DNA from: a virus
Taxonomy: Duplodnaviria; Caudoviricetes
Reading direction: 5' to 3' (one strand)
DNA: 62,713 bases
IMG/VR virus record: IMGVR_UViG_3300044769_000040
Span: 1 to 62,713 of that record
In this document: piece after piece, positions 36,449 to 45,390 of the stretch
How the letters are laid out: each line of letters begins with the position of its first letter
Numbering within the stretch: the first letter of the stretch is position 1
Notes under the pieces: model-generated
Told to the model about the DNA's origin: nothing
Database searches by the model: none
What the model saw: the letters and a program-made list of their open reading frames with translations, nothing else
Made by a program: the position numbers and the translations under genes

Positions 36449-36565
36449 ATGGAGCAGAAGGATTACGGCACAGCTTGGCTGTTGACAGGTCTCGTGATTG
36501 GTGCTATCCTAGGCGGCTTCCTAGTCTACCTTTGGGCACTAGCCAACCCGCAGAGTCTGACGTAG
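36449..36565 (+). CDS. Small membrane peptide (38 aa)
   Basis: SD GGAGGTG; one hydrophobic helix. Confidence 0.6.
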   Translation: MEQKDYGTAWLLTGLVIGAILGGFLVYLWALANPQSLT

Positions 36566-36775
36566 GTGATGTGGGAAATCCGGGAGGTGCTCGGCATGAA
36601 GATACGCGAGTTCAGAGTTCAAGCCTGGGACCACAGCGGTACGAAGATCGTTGACTCGAAGTTCAGAGACAGAGTACTGATGCTTCAGAACCTCGAACAC
36701 CAAACGAACCGAACCGATCTTGACGTTGCCAGCCTCAAGGTCGACATCAAGGTCGTCGATCAGAATGACACATAA
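36566..36775 (+). CDS. Hypothetical protein
   Basis: 69 aa. Confidence 0.5.
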   Translation: MMWEIREVLGMKIREFRVQAWDHSGTKIVDSKFRDRVLMLQNLEHQTNRTDLDVASLKVDIKVVDQNDT

Positions 36776-36804
36776 GAAATCCACATGAACCTTTCAAAAA
36801 TGGG

Positions 36805-36834
36805 TTGAGGTTTCCCCAAGGTCTGTGGTATAAT
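36805..36834 (+). promoter_or_regulatory. SigA-like promoter TTGAGG-18-TATAAT
   Basis: Promoter family match. Confidence 0.7.
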
Positions 36835-36866
36835 CAAAATGAGAGAGGAAGGAGGTGACAAACATC

Positions 36867-37208
36867 ATGGCACAACTGGAACTGAAGGAGCTCCCGGACG
36901 GTCTTTCCGAGGACGACTACGTGAAGCCGGTGAAGCTTGCCAAGGAGCTTACAGAGGCCGAGGGCAAGGACGTGCGTCCGCAGATCGTCTACGGTTACAT
37001 CCGCAACGGTGGACTCCAGGCCTACACGAAGGGCGGCGAGGGTCGTTTCATCATCCGCTCCGAGTTCGATGCCTGGGTTCAGGAGAAGGCCCAGAAGAAG
37101 GCTGAGCGCGAGGCCAAGGCTGCGGAGAAGGCAGCCAAGAAGGCCGAGAAGGAGGCTGCTGGCGAGGCTGCAGGTGCAGAAGAGGGCACTGAGGAGTACG
37201 CCGGCTAA
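36867..37208 (+). CDS. MerR/Xis-like HTH protein with Lys/Ala/Glu tail
   Basis: KPVKLAKEL...VRPQIVYGYIRNGGL; strong SD. Confidence 0.8.
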   Translation: MAQLELKELPDGLSEDDYVKPVKLAKELTEAEGKDVRPQIVYGYIRNGGLQAYTKGGEGRFIIRSEFDAWVQEKAQKKAEREAKAAEKAAKKAEKEAAGEAAGAEEGTEEYAG

Positions 37209-37221
37209 GACCGATCACATC

Positions 37222-37666
37222 GCGAGCAGAGGGCTTCGGCCCTCTGCCTCGCTTTGAGGACTGATGGGAAAAGCGTCGCCATGGCGAAGTATGCGAGTAC
37301 TGTCAGTCCTCAAAGGGAGGCCGGTCAAGCGGACTTCGAAAGGCAGACAATCAGCTGTCGGCTCTGGGAAGTTGTCGATAGTGGTCTAGCCGAGTAGTCG
37401 AGGGGTACCCGAGGGTGGTCGTCGGATGGCCGGTCTCCCACCAACTTCATAGTGGCAACCTCGTGTTGGATGGTCGGTTTCGAGGGTAGTAGATATCGGT
37501 CTGCAGACCGGTTGAGGCAGGCACTGTGACGGGGGATCCGTGACATAGCCATGGTGGGAGCAGAAGAGATCGACCCCGACCTCCAAGCAGTAGGATCGAC
37601 CATCCAATAGGGGGCTGCCGCCTCCAAGAGAAGGCTCCTCCTCCTCCCCGAGTGGAGCCTTCTCTT
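37222..37666 (+). ncRNA. Candidate large structured non-coding RNA (five consecutive helical domains)
   Basis: Stems 37222-37252, 37252-37315, 37315-37439, 37454-37619, 37626-37666; no credible ORF. Confidence 0.6.
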
Positions 37667-37684
37667 TAGCCCTAATGACTCTCC

Positions 37685-37713
37685 TTGATATTTCCTAGAG
37701 GATGCTATAGAAT
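37685..37713 (+). promoter_or_regulatory. SigA-like promoter TTGATA-17-TAGAAT
   Basis: Promoter family match. Confidence 0.75.
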
Positions 37714-37739
37714 AGGAATAGAGAGGAGAAGGAGGCAAA

Positions 37740-38258
37740 GTGGAAACGGCCCCTACCGATTCCAAAGCACCACCAGCTATCTGGCTTCACGTCCAGAAGG
37801 TGTACGATGCAATGGAGGCCCAGTCGGCCATGCTCGACGTAAGCCATCCTGAGGACACTCCTCGTTTGTACGAAGGGTTCACCTCGCACCTGTTCCAGGA
37901 GCTTGGCATCGCTGTTCCTAACTACGGACCGGTGCTAGACCTCTTACGTGCGATGGGGTGTATCACACAAGAGAAGAGGGGTGGAGGACCTTCACCCAGT
38001 GTGTGGAGGCTGTGGAGGAAACCCACCCTCGAAGACTTCGAACATGCCCACAAGACGTTGCCTCAGGCACAGATCAAGGTGCGTAAGGAACAGCACGAGG
38101 AGCAACGAATCCTCGACCTGATGAGGCAGCTCGGAGGTGTCGACGTACCTCAGGCGTTGGTTGACCTTCAAAACCAGATCAACGTTCTAGAGGGAGCCTT
38201 CAAGGGCCACATCAAGAGTCTCCACGGGAGTGATCATACACATGCAGACCTCGGCTGA
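37740..38258 (+). CDS. Hypothetical protein, possible winged helix plus coiled coil
   Basis: LDLLRAMGCITQEKRGGG wing-like motif; strong SD. Confidence 0.65.
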   Translation: METAPTDSKAPPAIWLHVQKVYDAMEAQSAMLDVSHPEDTPRLYEGFTSHLFQELGIAVPNYGPVLDLLRAMGCITQEKRGGGPSPSVWRLWRKPTLEDFEHAHKTLPQAQIKVRKEQHEEQRILDLMRQLGGVDVPQALVDLQNQINVLEGAFKGHIKSLHGSDHTHADLG

Positions 38259-38517
38259 CAAACCACCTACCTGGCATGAGAGCATCCTGGAGAAGATAGA
38301 CCAGGGCAACGGGGTCTATGTCCTCATCGACGATGCCTACGATGCGTTCGCCATGAGACGTATCAAGGTCTTCGCAGTCAAGTCTGACACGGACGAGATG
38401 GGATTCTACTACGTGATTGACTTCGTCAATCGAACAGGGACTCTTAGGATCTGCACATGTGACGGTTATAGGTACGCTGACCACTGCAAGCACACAGGAA
38501 GGGTTCCAGAGAAGTGA
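38230..38517 (+). CDS. SWIM zinc-finger protein
   Basis: ICTCDGY...CKH. Confidence 0.75.
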   Translation: MIIHMQTSADKPPTWHESILEKIDQGNGVYVLIDDAYDAFAMRRIKVFAVKSDTDEMGFYYVIDFVNRTGTLRICTCDGYRYADHCKHTGRVPEK

Positions 38518-39875
38518 TCCAAACTGAAACGGACATCGTCACATTGTACCCGTATCAGCAAGAGGCAGTCGAACGGATGATTGCCTCCGACTCCTTCCTG
38601 CTAGCAGACGAAATGGGACTCGGAAAGACTGTCAGCAGTCTGTGGGAGATTCGAGAACGAGGTCGCACGCAGGGTGTGAACCGAGTCCTCGTCGTCTGTC
38701 CCAAGTCAGTCATCTCAGTGTGGACAGATCACATCAAGTGGCTCCTTCCGAAGGCAGAAGTCTACTCTAGTGCCAAGGAGATGAACAGGGCTGGTCAGAG
38801 TGATCACATCCAGTTCGTGGTGACAAACTACGAACAGGTCCGAATCAACAACGGTGACTACCTCAAGATCTGGTGGGACTACGTTGTTAGTGACGAGGCA
38901 CACTACCTGAAGAACCGGAAGGCTCTGAGGACACGGGCCACGAAACGGTTGCGTGCCAAGTACAAGCGTGCCCTCTCGGGAACACCAATGGTCAACAGGC
39001 CAGACGAACTCTGGAGCATCCTGAACTGGCTGTATCCTTCTCGCTTCAAGTCCTACTGGAGGTACTTCGAATACTTTGTTCGGTATGTTCAGCTCGTTGG
39101 ACCTCATGGTTCCTACAAGAAGATTGTGGGACCGAAGAACACAGACGAGCTGAAGGAGATCCTAGAACCGTTTATGTTGAGGAGGTTGAAGCGGGATGTC
39201 CTCAAGGAGTTGCCGGAGAAGTACTACACTCACCTCAGGGTCGAAATGTCTCCGCAGCAGAGACGTGCTTACGAGGAGATGCGTAAAGAGTCACTCGCGT
39301 GGGTTGGATCCCACGAAGATGAACCAGTACCTGCGCCAATGGTCGTTGCCAGACTTACTAGACTACGTCAATTCGCAGCTGCGTATGCTTACCGAGACGA
39401 CGAAGGCAATATGCGAATGTCTGAACCAAGTTGCAAACTCGATGCGCTCATGGAACTCCTAGAGGACACGGAGGAGCCCATCGTAGTGTACAGCCAGTTC
39501 AAGCAGATGATCAAGATGGCGGAGGTGAGACTTGCAAAGGCAAAGATCCCATTCGTCTCGCTCACCGGAGACACACCTAACTCTGAACGAGGTCCTTTGG
39601 TCGAGGCCTTTCAGAGTGGGAAGGCTAAGGTTTTCTTGGGGACGACTAAAGCCGGCGGCGTGGGAATTACACTCCACAGGGCCTCGACGGTTGTCTTTTT
39701 GGATAGGTCGTGGAGTCCGGCTGATAACCTCCAAGCAGAAGACAGACTTCATCGTATTGGTCAAAAGAACGCCGTCCAAGTCATCATCATCCAAAGCGAT
39801 GCCAAGGTCGACCAAGATGTCGAGAAGAAGCTCGACCTCAAATGGAGTTGGATACGGACCATCCTAGGAGGCTAG
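38514..39875 (+). CDS. SNF2-family helicase
   Basis: LADEMGLGKT, DEAH, SGTP, QAEDRLHRIGQ. Confidence 0.95.
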   Translation: MIQTETDIVTLYPYQQEAVERMIASDSFLLADEMGLGKTVSSLWEIRERGRTQGVNRVLVVCPKSVISVWTDHIKWLLPKAEVYSSAKEMNRAGQSDHIQFVVTNYEQVRINNGDYLKIWWDYVVSDEAHYLKNRKALRTRATKRLRAKYKRALSGTPMVNRPDELWSILNWLYPSRFKSYWRYFEYFVRYVQLVGPHGSYKKIVGPKNTDELKEILEPFMLRRLKRDVLKELPEKYYTHLRVEMSPQQRRAYEEMRKESLAWVGSHEDEPVPAPMVVARLTRLRQFAAAYAYRDDEGNMRMSEPSCKLDALMELLEDTEEPIVVYSQFKQMIKMAEVRLAKAKIPFVSLTGDTPNSERGPLVEAFQSGKAKVFLGTTKAGGVGITLHRASTVVFLDRSWSPADNLQAEDRLHRIGQKNAVQVIIIQSDAKVDQDVEKKLDLKWSWIRTILGG

Positions 39876-40313
39876 ATGGACGACCTACAGAAGGCAATAC
39901 GAGATTTGCACTCACCAACGTTCGACGCGCTGTGGGATGCCCATCTGAAAGAGGTCGAGAGGCTGACGAATACGCTGCGCGAATGGCAGGAGGGCTACCC
40001 CGGCGAGTTGATAGCCGAGGTCAAGAGGCTTCGAGAAGACACACAAGCGTGGTCGGAAGAAGTCGAGAGACTGCAAAGGGAGCGGGACTTCGTGGCAGGC
40101 GAGCGCGACCGACTCATGCGGGCGGTCGAGGAGTCTCGGGTCGAGATCGAGCGGCTGCATAACACGACGATGTTCGTCACCAATCAGGTGCTATCCCGAC
40201 GCGTCGAGAGGCTCCAGAGTCATGAGAAGATTCTACTGGCCGAACTTGCTGAAGTCCAAGCTGAGAGTGCGGCTTTGAAGGAAGAGGTCGAGCGGCTACG
40301 AGAGGAGAAATAA
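39876..40313 (+). CDS. Coiled-coil protein with EVERL repeats
   Basis: Repeated E(V/I)(E/K)RL motifs. Confidence 0.65.
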   Translation: MDDLQKAIRDLHSPTFDALWDAHLKEVERLTNTLREWQEGYPGELIAEVKRLREDTQAWSEEVERLQRERDFVAGERDRLMRAVEESRVEIERLHNTTMFVTNQVLSRRVERLQSHEKILLAELAEVQAESAALKEEVERLREEK

Positions 40314-40546
40314 TGGCAGGAGTCATTGAACACATACGCCCTCCTAGGTGCCCTGCCTCGGGGCAAGAGGTGGCTCCTATGACTGTCTCAGTAACTGAGA
40401 CTCGGGGCTACTACGCAGACTGTCCAGAGTGTAGCAAGAGGCTCTGGCTGAACAAGCATCCGGCTAGTGACAACGTCTCACTTGACTTCACCTTCCCCGA
40501 ACACATTGGCAGACAGGAACTTGAGTTTGCCAATGGGATGCTATAG
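40313..40546 (+). CDS. Zn-ribbon hypothetical protein
   Basis: CPASG...CPEC. Confidence 0.6.
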   Translation: MAGVIEHIRPPRCPASGQEVAPMTVSVTETRGYYADCPECSKRLWLNKHPASDNVSLDFTFPEHIGRQELEFANGML

Positions 40547-40549
40547 AAT
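40521..40549 (+). promoter_or_regulatory. SigA-like promoter TTGAGT-17-TAGAAT
   Basis: Promoter family match. Confidence 0.7.
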
Positions 40550-40570
40550 AGGAAATAAAGGGGGAGGCAT

Positions 40571-40852
40571 TTGGAACTCTTCGCCCAAATACGTCGAGAC
40601 GAACTACTCGACAAGGCCATTGGCTTCGGTAGGTTACCGATCAGGGAAATGGCCGACTTACTCGGCATAGCGCCGCAGCTCATCTACTACAGGATTCGAA
40701 ATAAGAAGCTCACCAAGCAGGTCTGTAACTGTTGTGGGACGGAAGGGTTCATCGACCTGGAGGAGGCATGTGGAGCGTTTCCAGCCCTTGCTGAAGCAGT
40801 ACAGGAAGAGAAGGAAGCACTCGGCCTCGACATGGACCCCGAAGAGACATAA
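40571..40852 (+). CDS. MerR/Xis-like HTH protein with Cys cluster
   Basis: PIREMADLLGIAPQLIYYRIRNKKL...CNCCG. Confidence 0.75.
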   Translation: MELFAQIRRDELLDKAIGFGRLPIREMADLLGIAPQLIYYRIRNKKLTKQVCNCCGTEGFIDLEEACGAFPALAEAVQEEKEALGLDMDPEET

Positions 40853-41015
40853 TGACCAATTACTTACCGACACTGGACTACTCTGTCGGGAGTGTGGTAA
40901 GTGGAGGAGGTGGTCTGACCTTGAGATAGAGTTCGAAGTATACGGGCAAGGCTTCAAGCGCATCTGGTGGTGCGCGTTTTGCGGCAACATGCTGCGCGAA
41001 GACATGGTACCATAG
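40734..41015 (+). CDS. Zn-finger hypothetical protein (start uncertain)
   Basis: CREC...CAFC. Confidence 0.5.
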   Translation: MGRKGSSTWRRHVERFQPLLKQYRKRRKHSASTWTPKRHNDQLLTDTGLLCRECGKWRRWSDLEIEFEVYGQGFKRIWWCAFCGNMLREDMVP

Positions 41016-41026
41016 AAGGAGGAAGC

Positions 41027-42139
41027 ATGAAGAAGTTGTTCACAGTACTAGCTATCGCTGGTGCGATGGTGATTCTGTCCACACAAGTTGTCTCAGCAGC
41101 CTCGGAGGTGATCTTCGACTACATTCCGAGCCCGCTTCCGGGCAACGTCTCGAGCTACAGCTACGAGTCATGGGGTGTGGCTGAGGCAGGGGATGGGATC
41201 GAGTTCAGTACGAACGGGAACCAGCTACTTGACAACGCAAGGGTCGTTGTGAGCAGTTGGGCCTGTGAGGAAGGTACGGGGTGGGCAGCTGAGAACACAG
41301 TTCCATGTGTGACTACGCCTGGTTCGACGTTCTCGATGCCAATCACGTTGAACATCTATGACCCGAACGACGACATGTCGTTGGTCGATTCAACAACGCA
41401 GACGTTCAACATTCCGTATCGCCCAAGCAGCAGCGAGAGCTGCGAGCCGACGATCAACGGTCACGGTTACGGGCCAGACTGCTTCCTGGGTCTTGCTCAT
41501 ACTATCAAGTTCGACCTGACCGGCGTTGTAGCTCCGGATGAGATCGTGTACGGTGTTGCATACAACACGGCCTCGTTCGGATACGACCCGATTGGTAACG
41601 GGGCCGAGTGTCAGGCAGTGCAGTACGCTGGCTGCGACTCGAGCCTGCTCAACCTCGGCGTCGAGGGTACAGCACCAGCCGATGTCGGAACAGACTTCTC
41701 ACCGAACGGAGCATTTCAGTACGCCGTATTCCCTTCGTCCTACTGTGATGGTGGCGAAGGTGGAACGGCCGTCTTCCGCTTCGATGACGGATGTTGGACT
41801 GGCTTCAATCCTCTCGTCCAGTTCAGCAGGTTCGTCGCTGAAGGCGGAGGCGGCGGAGGTGGGGACGGAGGTACTCCTCCTCCAACAGTGTCTGAATGCA
41901 CCATCACTGGTACAGCTGACAACGACATTCTCATCGGTACACCCGGCAATGATGTCATCTGTGCCAAGGCTGGCGATGACCTCGTCCGCGCGAAGGCAGG
42001 TAGTGACGTTGTCAAGGGCGGTAAGGGAGAGGACCTTCTAAAGGGAGGTCCAGGTCCTGACCTGCTGAAGGGCGGTCCTGGCTTTGATACCTGCAGGGGT
42101 GGAAAGGGTACAGACACGCTCGTTGGCTGTGAAGCATAG
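41027..42139 (+). CDS. Secreted protein with C-terminal RTX-like Ca-binding repeats
   Basis: Signal peptide; CTITGT...GGKGEDLLKGGPGPDLLKGGPGFD nonapeptide repeats. Confidence 0.85.
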   Translation: MKKLFTVLAIAGAMVILSTQVVSAASEVIFDYIPSPLPGNVSSYSYESWGVAEAGDGIEFSTNGNQLLDNARVVVSSWACEEGTGWAAENTVPCVTTPGSTFSMPITLNIYDPNDDMSLVDSTTQTFNIPYRPSSSESCEPTINGHGYGPDCFLGLAHTIKFDLTGVVAPDEIVYGVAYNTASFGYDPIGNGAECQAVQYAGCDSSLLNLGVEGTAPADVGTDFSPNGAFQYAVFPSSYCDGGEGGTAVFRFDDGCWTGFNPLVQFSRFVAEGGGGGGGDGGTPPPTVSECTITGTADNDILIGTPGNDVICAKAGDDLVRAKAGSDVVKGGKGEDLLKGGPGPDLLKGGPGFDTCRGGKGTDTLVGCEA

Positions 42140-42569
42140 GGACGTTGTTGGTGGGGGAGCTTCGGCTCCCCCACTACCCCTAATCTTCGTACACGGCCGT
42201 GCAGTTTGGCATATACAGGACAACGACACGAAGATGCAATGCGGACTAACTATCAAGCCGCCGCTTCGGACAACTACCGACAAACCTAAAGAGGTGTTCC
42301 TCTGCCACAGCTGTCTAGGAACCTTCGAGAGGTCTATTGTGGGAAAGGGTCGACTCACCGATAAGGAGTTGGCAATCCTGACTGACCTCGCAACAACTGG
42401 TGCCTCCAATGAGGAACTTGCCGAGCGCCACAACATCTCTCCTACCACCGTTCGAACTCATATGCAGAACATCCAGCTACGTCTAGGTCTGCATAGTAAG
42501 GTAGAAATGGTTGTGTACTTCTGGACGCGATTGTATAGGAGGGATGATGAGCCAGGAAGAGGTAACTGA
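42129..42569 (+). CDS. LuxR-family HTH regulator with N-terminal Cys/His motif (start uncertain)
   Basis: LTDKELAIL...SNEELAE...ISPTTVRTHMQNI...LG. Confidence 0.8.
   Translation: MKHRDVVGGGASAPPLPLIFVHGRAVWHIQDNDTKMQCGLTIKPPLRTTTDKPKEVFLCHSCLGTFERSIVGKGRLTDKELAILTDLATTGASNEELAERHNISPTTVRTHMQNIQLRLGLHSKVEMVVYFWTRLYRRDDEPGRGN
42151..42174 (+). terminator. GC hairpin with UUCG loop after the RTX gene
   Basis: GTGGGGGAGC-TTCG-GCTCCCCCAC. Confidence 0.55.
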
Positions 42570-43284
42570 ACAGTATGGGCTAGGTGCGAAGCCAGACCGT
42601 TACGACCCACGTGACTACCAGTTCAATGTGACACTCGCTCCCGACTTGGCTCAAGCTGCTCGTGCAACTGACCGCAAGTTCTACTCGATGGTCAACCCAG
42701 ACTTCCGTATCAACCAGGGCGGCGAAGGCACTTGTGTCGGTCATGCTGCAACCAACGTGCTCCTTGCCGGACCTTCACCACATCCTGCCTATGAGCCTTT
42801 TCAGACCGAAGAGCAAGCACACCAGTTTGCACGCAAGCTCTACCTCGACGGCTCAGGTGACTCCACCTACCAGCAGGGGATGTTCCCTCGTGACGCCTGT
42901 GCCGAGCTTCTCAAGGATGGACTGATCGAGTCCTACTGGAAAGTCCTACAGGTCGAAGACGTCATCACAGCACTGCTAACCTTCGGCCCAGTGATGGTCG
43001 CAGTCCCTTGGTACAGCTCGATGTATGGCAAGGACAACGCCCTTTCTGCTTCTTATGGCAGCTTCTGGATCAAAGTCAACCTAGAGTCAACGCACGTCGG
43101 CTACCACGACATCGCGTTCACCGGGATTGATATGGCTCCTAACAATGGAGCTCCTGCATTCTTCCGATTCGAGAACTCGTGGGGATCGGACTGGGGTGCG
43201 AACGGTACGGCTCGCGTTTCAGTCGAGAGCTTCCGCCGACTGAACATCTGGGACAACTGGACCTTCAAAGAGAAGTCCTTCTGA
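42544..43284 (+). CDS. Papain-like (C1) cysteine peptidase
   Basis: NQGGEGTCVG (Q, C), GYHDI (H), ENSWGSDWG (N). Confidence 0.88.
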   Translation: MMSQEEVTEQYGLGAKPDRYDPRDYQFNVTLAPDLAQAARATDRKFYSMVNPDFRINQGGEGTCVGHAATNVLLAGPSPHPAYEPFQTEEQAHQFARKLYLDGSGDSTYQQGMFPRDACAELLKDGLIESYWKVLQVEDVITALLTFGPVMVAVPWYSSMYGKDNALSASYGSFWIKVNLESTHVGYHDIAFTGIDMAPNNGAPAFFRFENSWGSDWGANGTARVSVESFRRLNIWDNWTFKEKSF

Positions 43285-43307
43285 GCCGGGAAAATCTTGG
43301 AGAACAC

Positions 43308-43337
43308 TTGAGATTGTCCCTCGGGCTCCTATAGAAT
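43308..43337 (+). promoter_or_regulatory. SigA-like promoter TTGAGA-18-TAGAAT
   Basis: Promoter family match. Confidence 0.7.
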
Positions 43338-43356
43338 AGAACTAGTAGAACACGCT

Positions 43357-44493
43357 GTGTCTCTTCCCCAAGCACCACCTCCGGGCACAGCTTTGCTTGT
43401 CGATGTTCCAGGAGGCGGCTCGTTGAAGATTTCGATTCACACGTCCGATAGGACGAACTTCAAACGATGTCGCCAACGATGGGACTTCTCATCTAACATC
43501 CGTGGCAACCTCGAGCCTAAGAAACCTGTCACGCCGCTATGGTTCGGTACCGGTATCCACGAGGCTCTCGCAGCCTACTACGACCCGGAGATCGAAGTCA
43601 CCAGCACGAGTACTCAGTATCTCAAGCTGGGTGAAGGCGTCTTGCAAAGGATGCCCCGAGATCCTGACTACGGGATCTTCGTCTTCGAGAACTTCGTCGA
43701 CAGTTGGCTGACTTCTCTGGGAGAGCCTTCCGAAGACCAATACCTTTGGGCCAAAGAGAACCGCGAACTCGGTCTCGGCATGCTAAGCAACTACTTCAAG
43801 TGGTGTCGCATAAACGACGACTTCGAAGTCATCTGGGTGGAGAAAGAGTACGAAGTAGGAATCCCCGGCCTACCCGGGGTTTCTTACTCTTTCCGGTGTG
43901 ACGGTCTTATCAAGACCAAACACCACACCTGGCTACTCGAGCACAAGACAACCGCACAGTTCCCAGATCAGACAGAGTGGCTGATGATGGATGACCAGTG
44001 TGGTTCGTACCTCTGGGGTCTCTCTCAACTCGACCCACCCATCTATGCAGAAGGCGTGGTATACAATGAGTTGAAGAAGAAGACCCCTCAGCCGCTCCGT
44101 TCTCTGTTGGCTGGAGGCTACAGCATCAATCGGTCCCAAGACACGACCTTCGAGATCGCCCTCGAGACACTTATGAAGGAACATGGCAGTCGAAAGATCC
44201 CACAGAAGTACTGGGAGTTCCTTGACTACCTCAAGTACAAGCCGAACAACTTCGTCAAGCGGACTCCTGTGCGGAGGAACCGTAAGGAGATCGAACTCCT
44301 GGGCGGTATGCTTCGCTATGAAGTTCTCGACATGGTCAACAATCCGGCCATCTATCGTTCCCCCTCCCGAGTCAACTGCTCTAGCTGTCCATTTGTCTCC
44401 CCATGCATCCTTCGTTGGGAGGGCGGCGACCATCAATACCTACTTGACATCGAGTTCAAGAAACGAGAATCCTATTATGGGAAGGTATACTGA
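43357..44493 (+). CDS. Cas4/RecB-like PD-(D/E)XK exonuclease
   Basis: KRC, GTGIH, DGL...EHKT, C-terminal CSSCPF..C. Confidence 0.85.
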   Translation: MSLPQAPPPGTALLVDVPGGGSLKISIHTSDRTNFKRCRQRWDFSSNIRGNLEPKKPVTPLWFGTGIHEALAAYYDPEIEVTSTSTQYLKLGEGVLQRMPRDPDYGIFVFENFVDSWLTSLGEPSEDQYLWAKENRELGLGMLSNYFKWCRINDDFEVIWVEKEYEVGIPGLPGVSYSFRCDGLIKTKHHTWLLEHKTTAQFPDQTEWLMMDDQCGSYLWGLSQLDPPIYAEGVVYNELKKKTPQPLRSLLAGGYSINRSQDTTFEIALETLMKEHGSRKIPQKYWEFLDYLKYKPNNFVKRTPVRRNRKEIELLGGMLRYEVLDMVNNPAIYRSPSRVNCSSCPFVSPCILRWEGGDHQYLLDIEFKKRESYYGKVY

Positions 44494-44495
44494 CA

Positions 44496-45389
44496 ATGGT
44501 TGATGAGCAAGTGAACGAGCACAGCGTAGTCCCAGAACCTAGCATCACAGAGACAGGTTACGACCCTTCCGAGCTGAAGGAAGCGGTCGAGGCAGTGCGA
44601 CAAAGTTACGAAGAGAAGCGCGTCATCGCAGGTCTGCCTGTCACTGCAGTAGCACAACGTAGTGACTTTGTCAAGATGCTCATCTACGGTGTCCCAGGAG
44701 TAGGTAAGACGATGCTCTCGGGCTCAGCAGATGAGGTCGAACGGATGCGTCCGGTTCTCTTCATTGACATTGAAGGTGGAACCAAGACGATCCGTGACAA
44801 GTACTCCAATGTCGAAGTTCTTCGAGTCAAGGACGAGTTTGATGAGAAGGGAAGGTTGGTCAAGACATCTTGGGAACGTCTCCAGGATGTCTACGAGGAC
44901 ATTCGAAAGGGGGTGTTGCCTTACAAGACATACGTCATCGATAGCCTGACAGAGGGCCAGAAGATGTCGATGTACTCCGTGATGACACGCACCGTCAAGG
45001 GTGACCCAACACGAGACCTCGACATCCCAGCTCAGCGTGACTGGGGCAAGAGTGGTGAGATGGTGCGTCGAATGGTCCGTGCCTTCCGTGACCTCGATGC
45101 GAACGTCATCTTTACAGCCCTTGAGGCCTCTGACAAGGATCAGCAGACGGGGGCAGTTACGATCACGCCGTCACTGCCTGGTAAGTTGAAGTACGAGATC
45201 TCGGCATTCCTCGACGAAGTACTCTACATGTACACGAAGGTCGAGAAGGATGGAATCATCCGCCGCGTTCTCACACAACCGACAGGCAAGTTCATTGCCA
45301 AGGACCGATCAGGTAGGCTTCCTCAGACTATGGACGATCCGTCTATGGCCGAGATTGCAGACCTGGTCCTCGATCCAAAGGAGAACTGA
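44496..45389 (+). CDS. AAA ATPase, Sak4-like recombination protein
   Basis: YGVPGVGKT, IDIEGG, VIDSLT, AKDRSG. Confidence 0.85.
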   Translation: MVDEQVNEHSVVPEPSITETGYDPSELKEAVEAVRQSYEEKRVIAGLPVTAVAQRSDFVKMLIYGVPGVGKTMLSGSADEVERMRPVLFIDIEGGTKTIRDKYSNVEVLRVKDEFDEKGRLVKTSWERLQDVYEDIRKGVLPYKTYVIDSLTEGQKMSMYSVMTRTVKGDPTRDLDIPAQRDWGKSGEMVRRMVRAFRDLDANVIFTALEASDKDQQTGAVTITPSLPGKLKYEISAFLDEVLYMYTKVEKDGIIRRVLTQPTGKFIAKDRSGRLPQTMDDPSMAEIADLVLDPKEN

Positions 45390-45390
45390 C

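Noticed and set aside
37261-37275. Hammerhead ribozyme core (CUGAUG...GAAA)
   Set aside because: Sequence is CUGAUGG not CUGANGA, lacks stem II, and the CUGA is paired in a long helix
37325-37765. 146-aa minus-strand ORF over the structured region
   Set aside because: No SD, low-information Ser/Arg/Pro-rich translation, runs antisense across a promoter
26757-40852. Prophage integration/excision module implied by Xis-like genes
   Set aside because: No tyrosine or serine integrase, ParA or CI-like repressor recognised; no host flanks, and the sequence closes as a circle
43357-44493. CRISPR-Cas system (Cas4-like gene)
   Set aside because: No repeat-spacer array or other cas genes; context with Sak4-like ATPase and SSB indicates a recombination exonuclease
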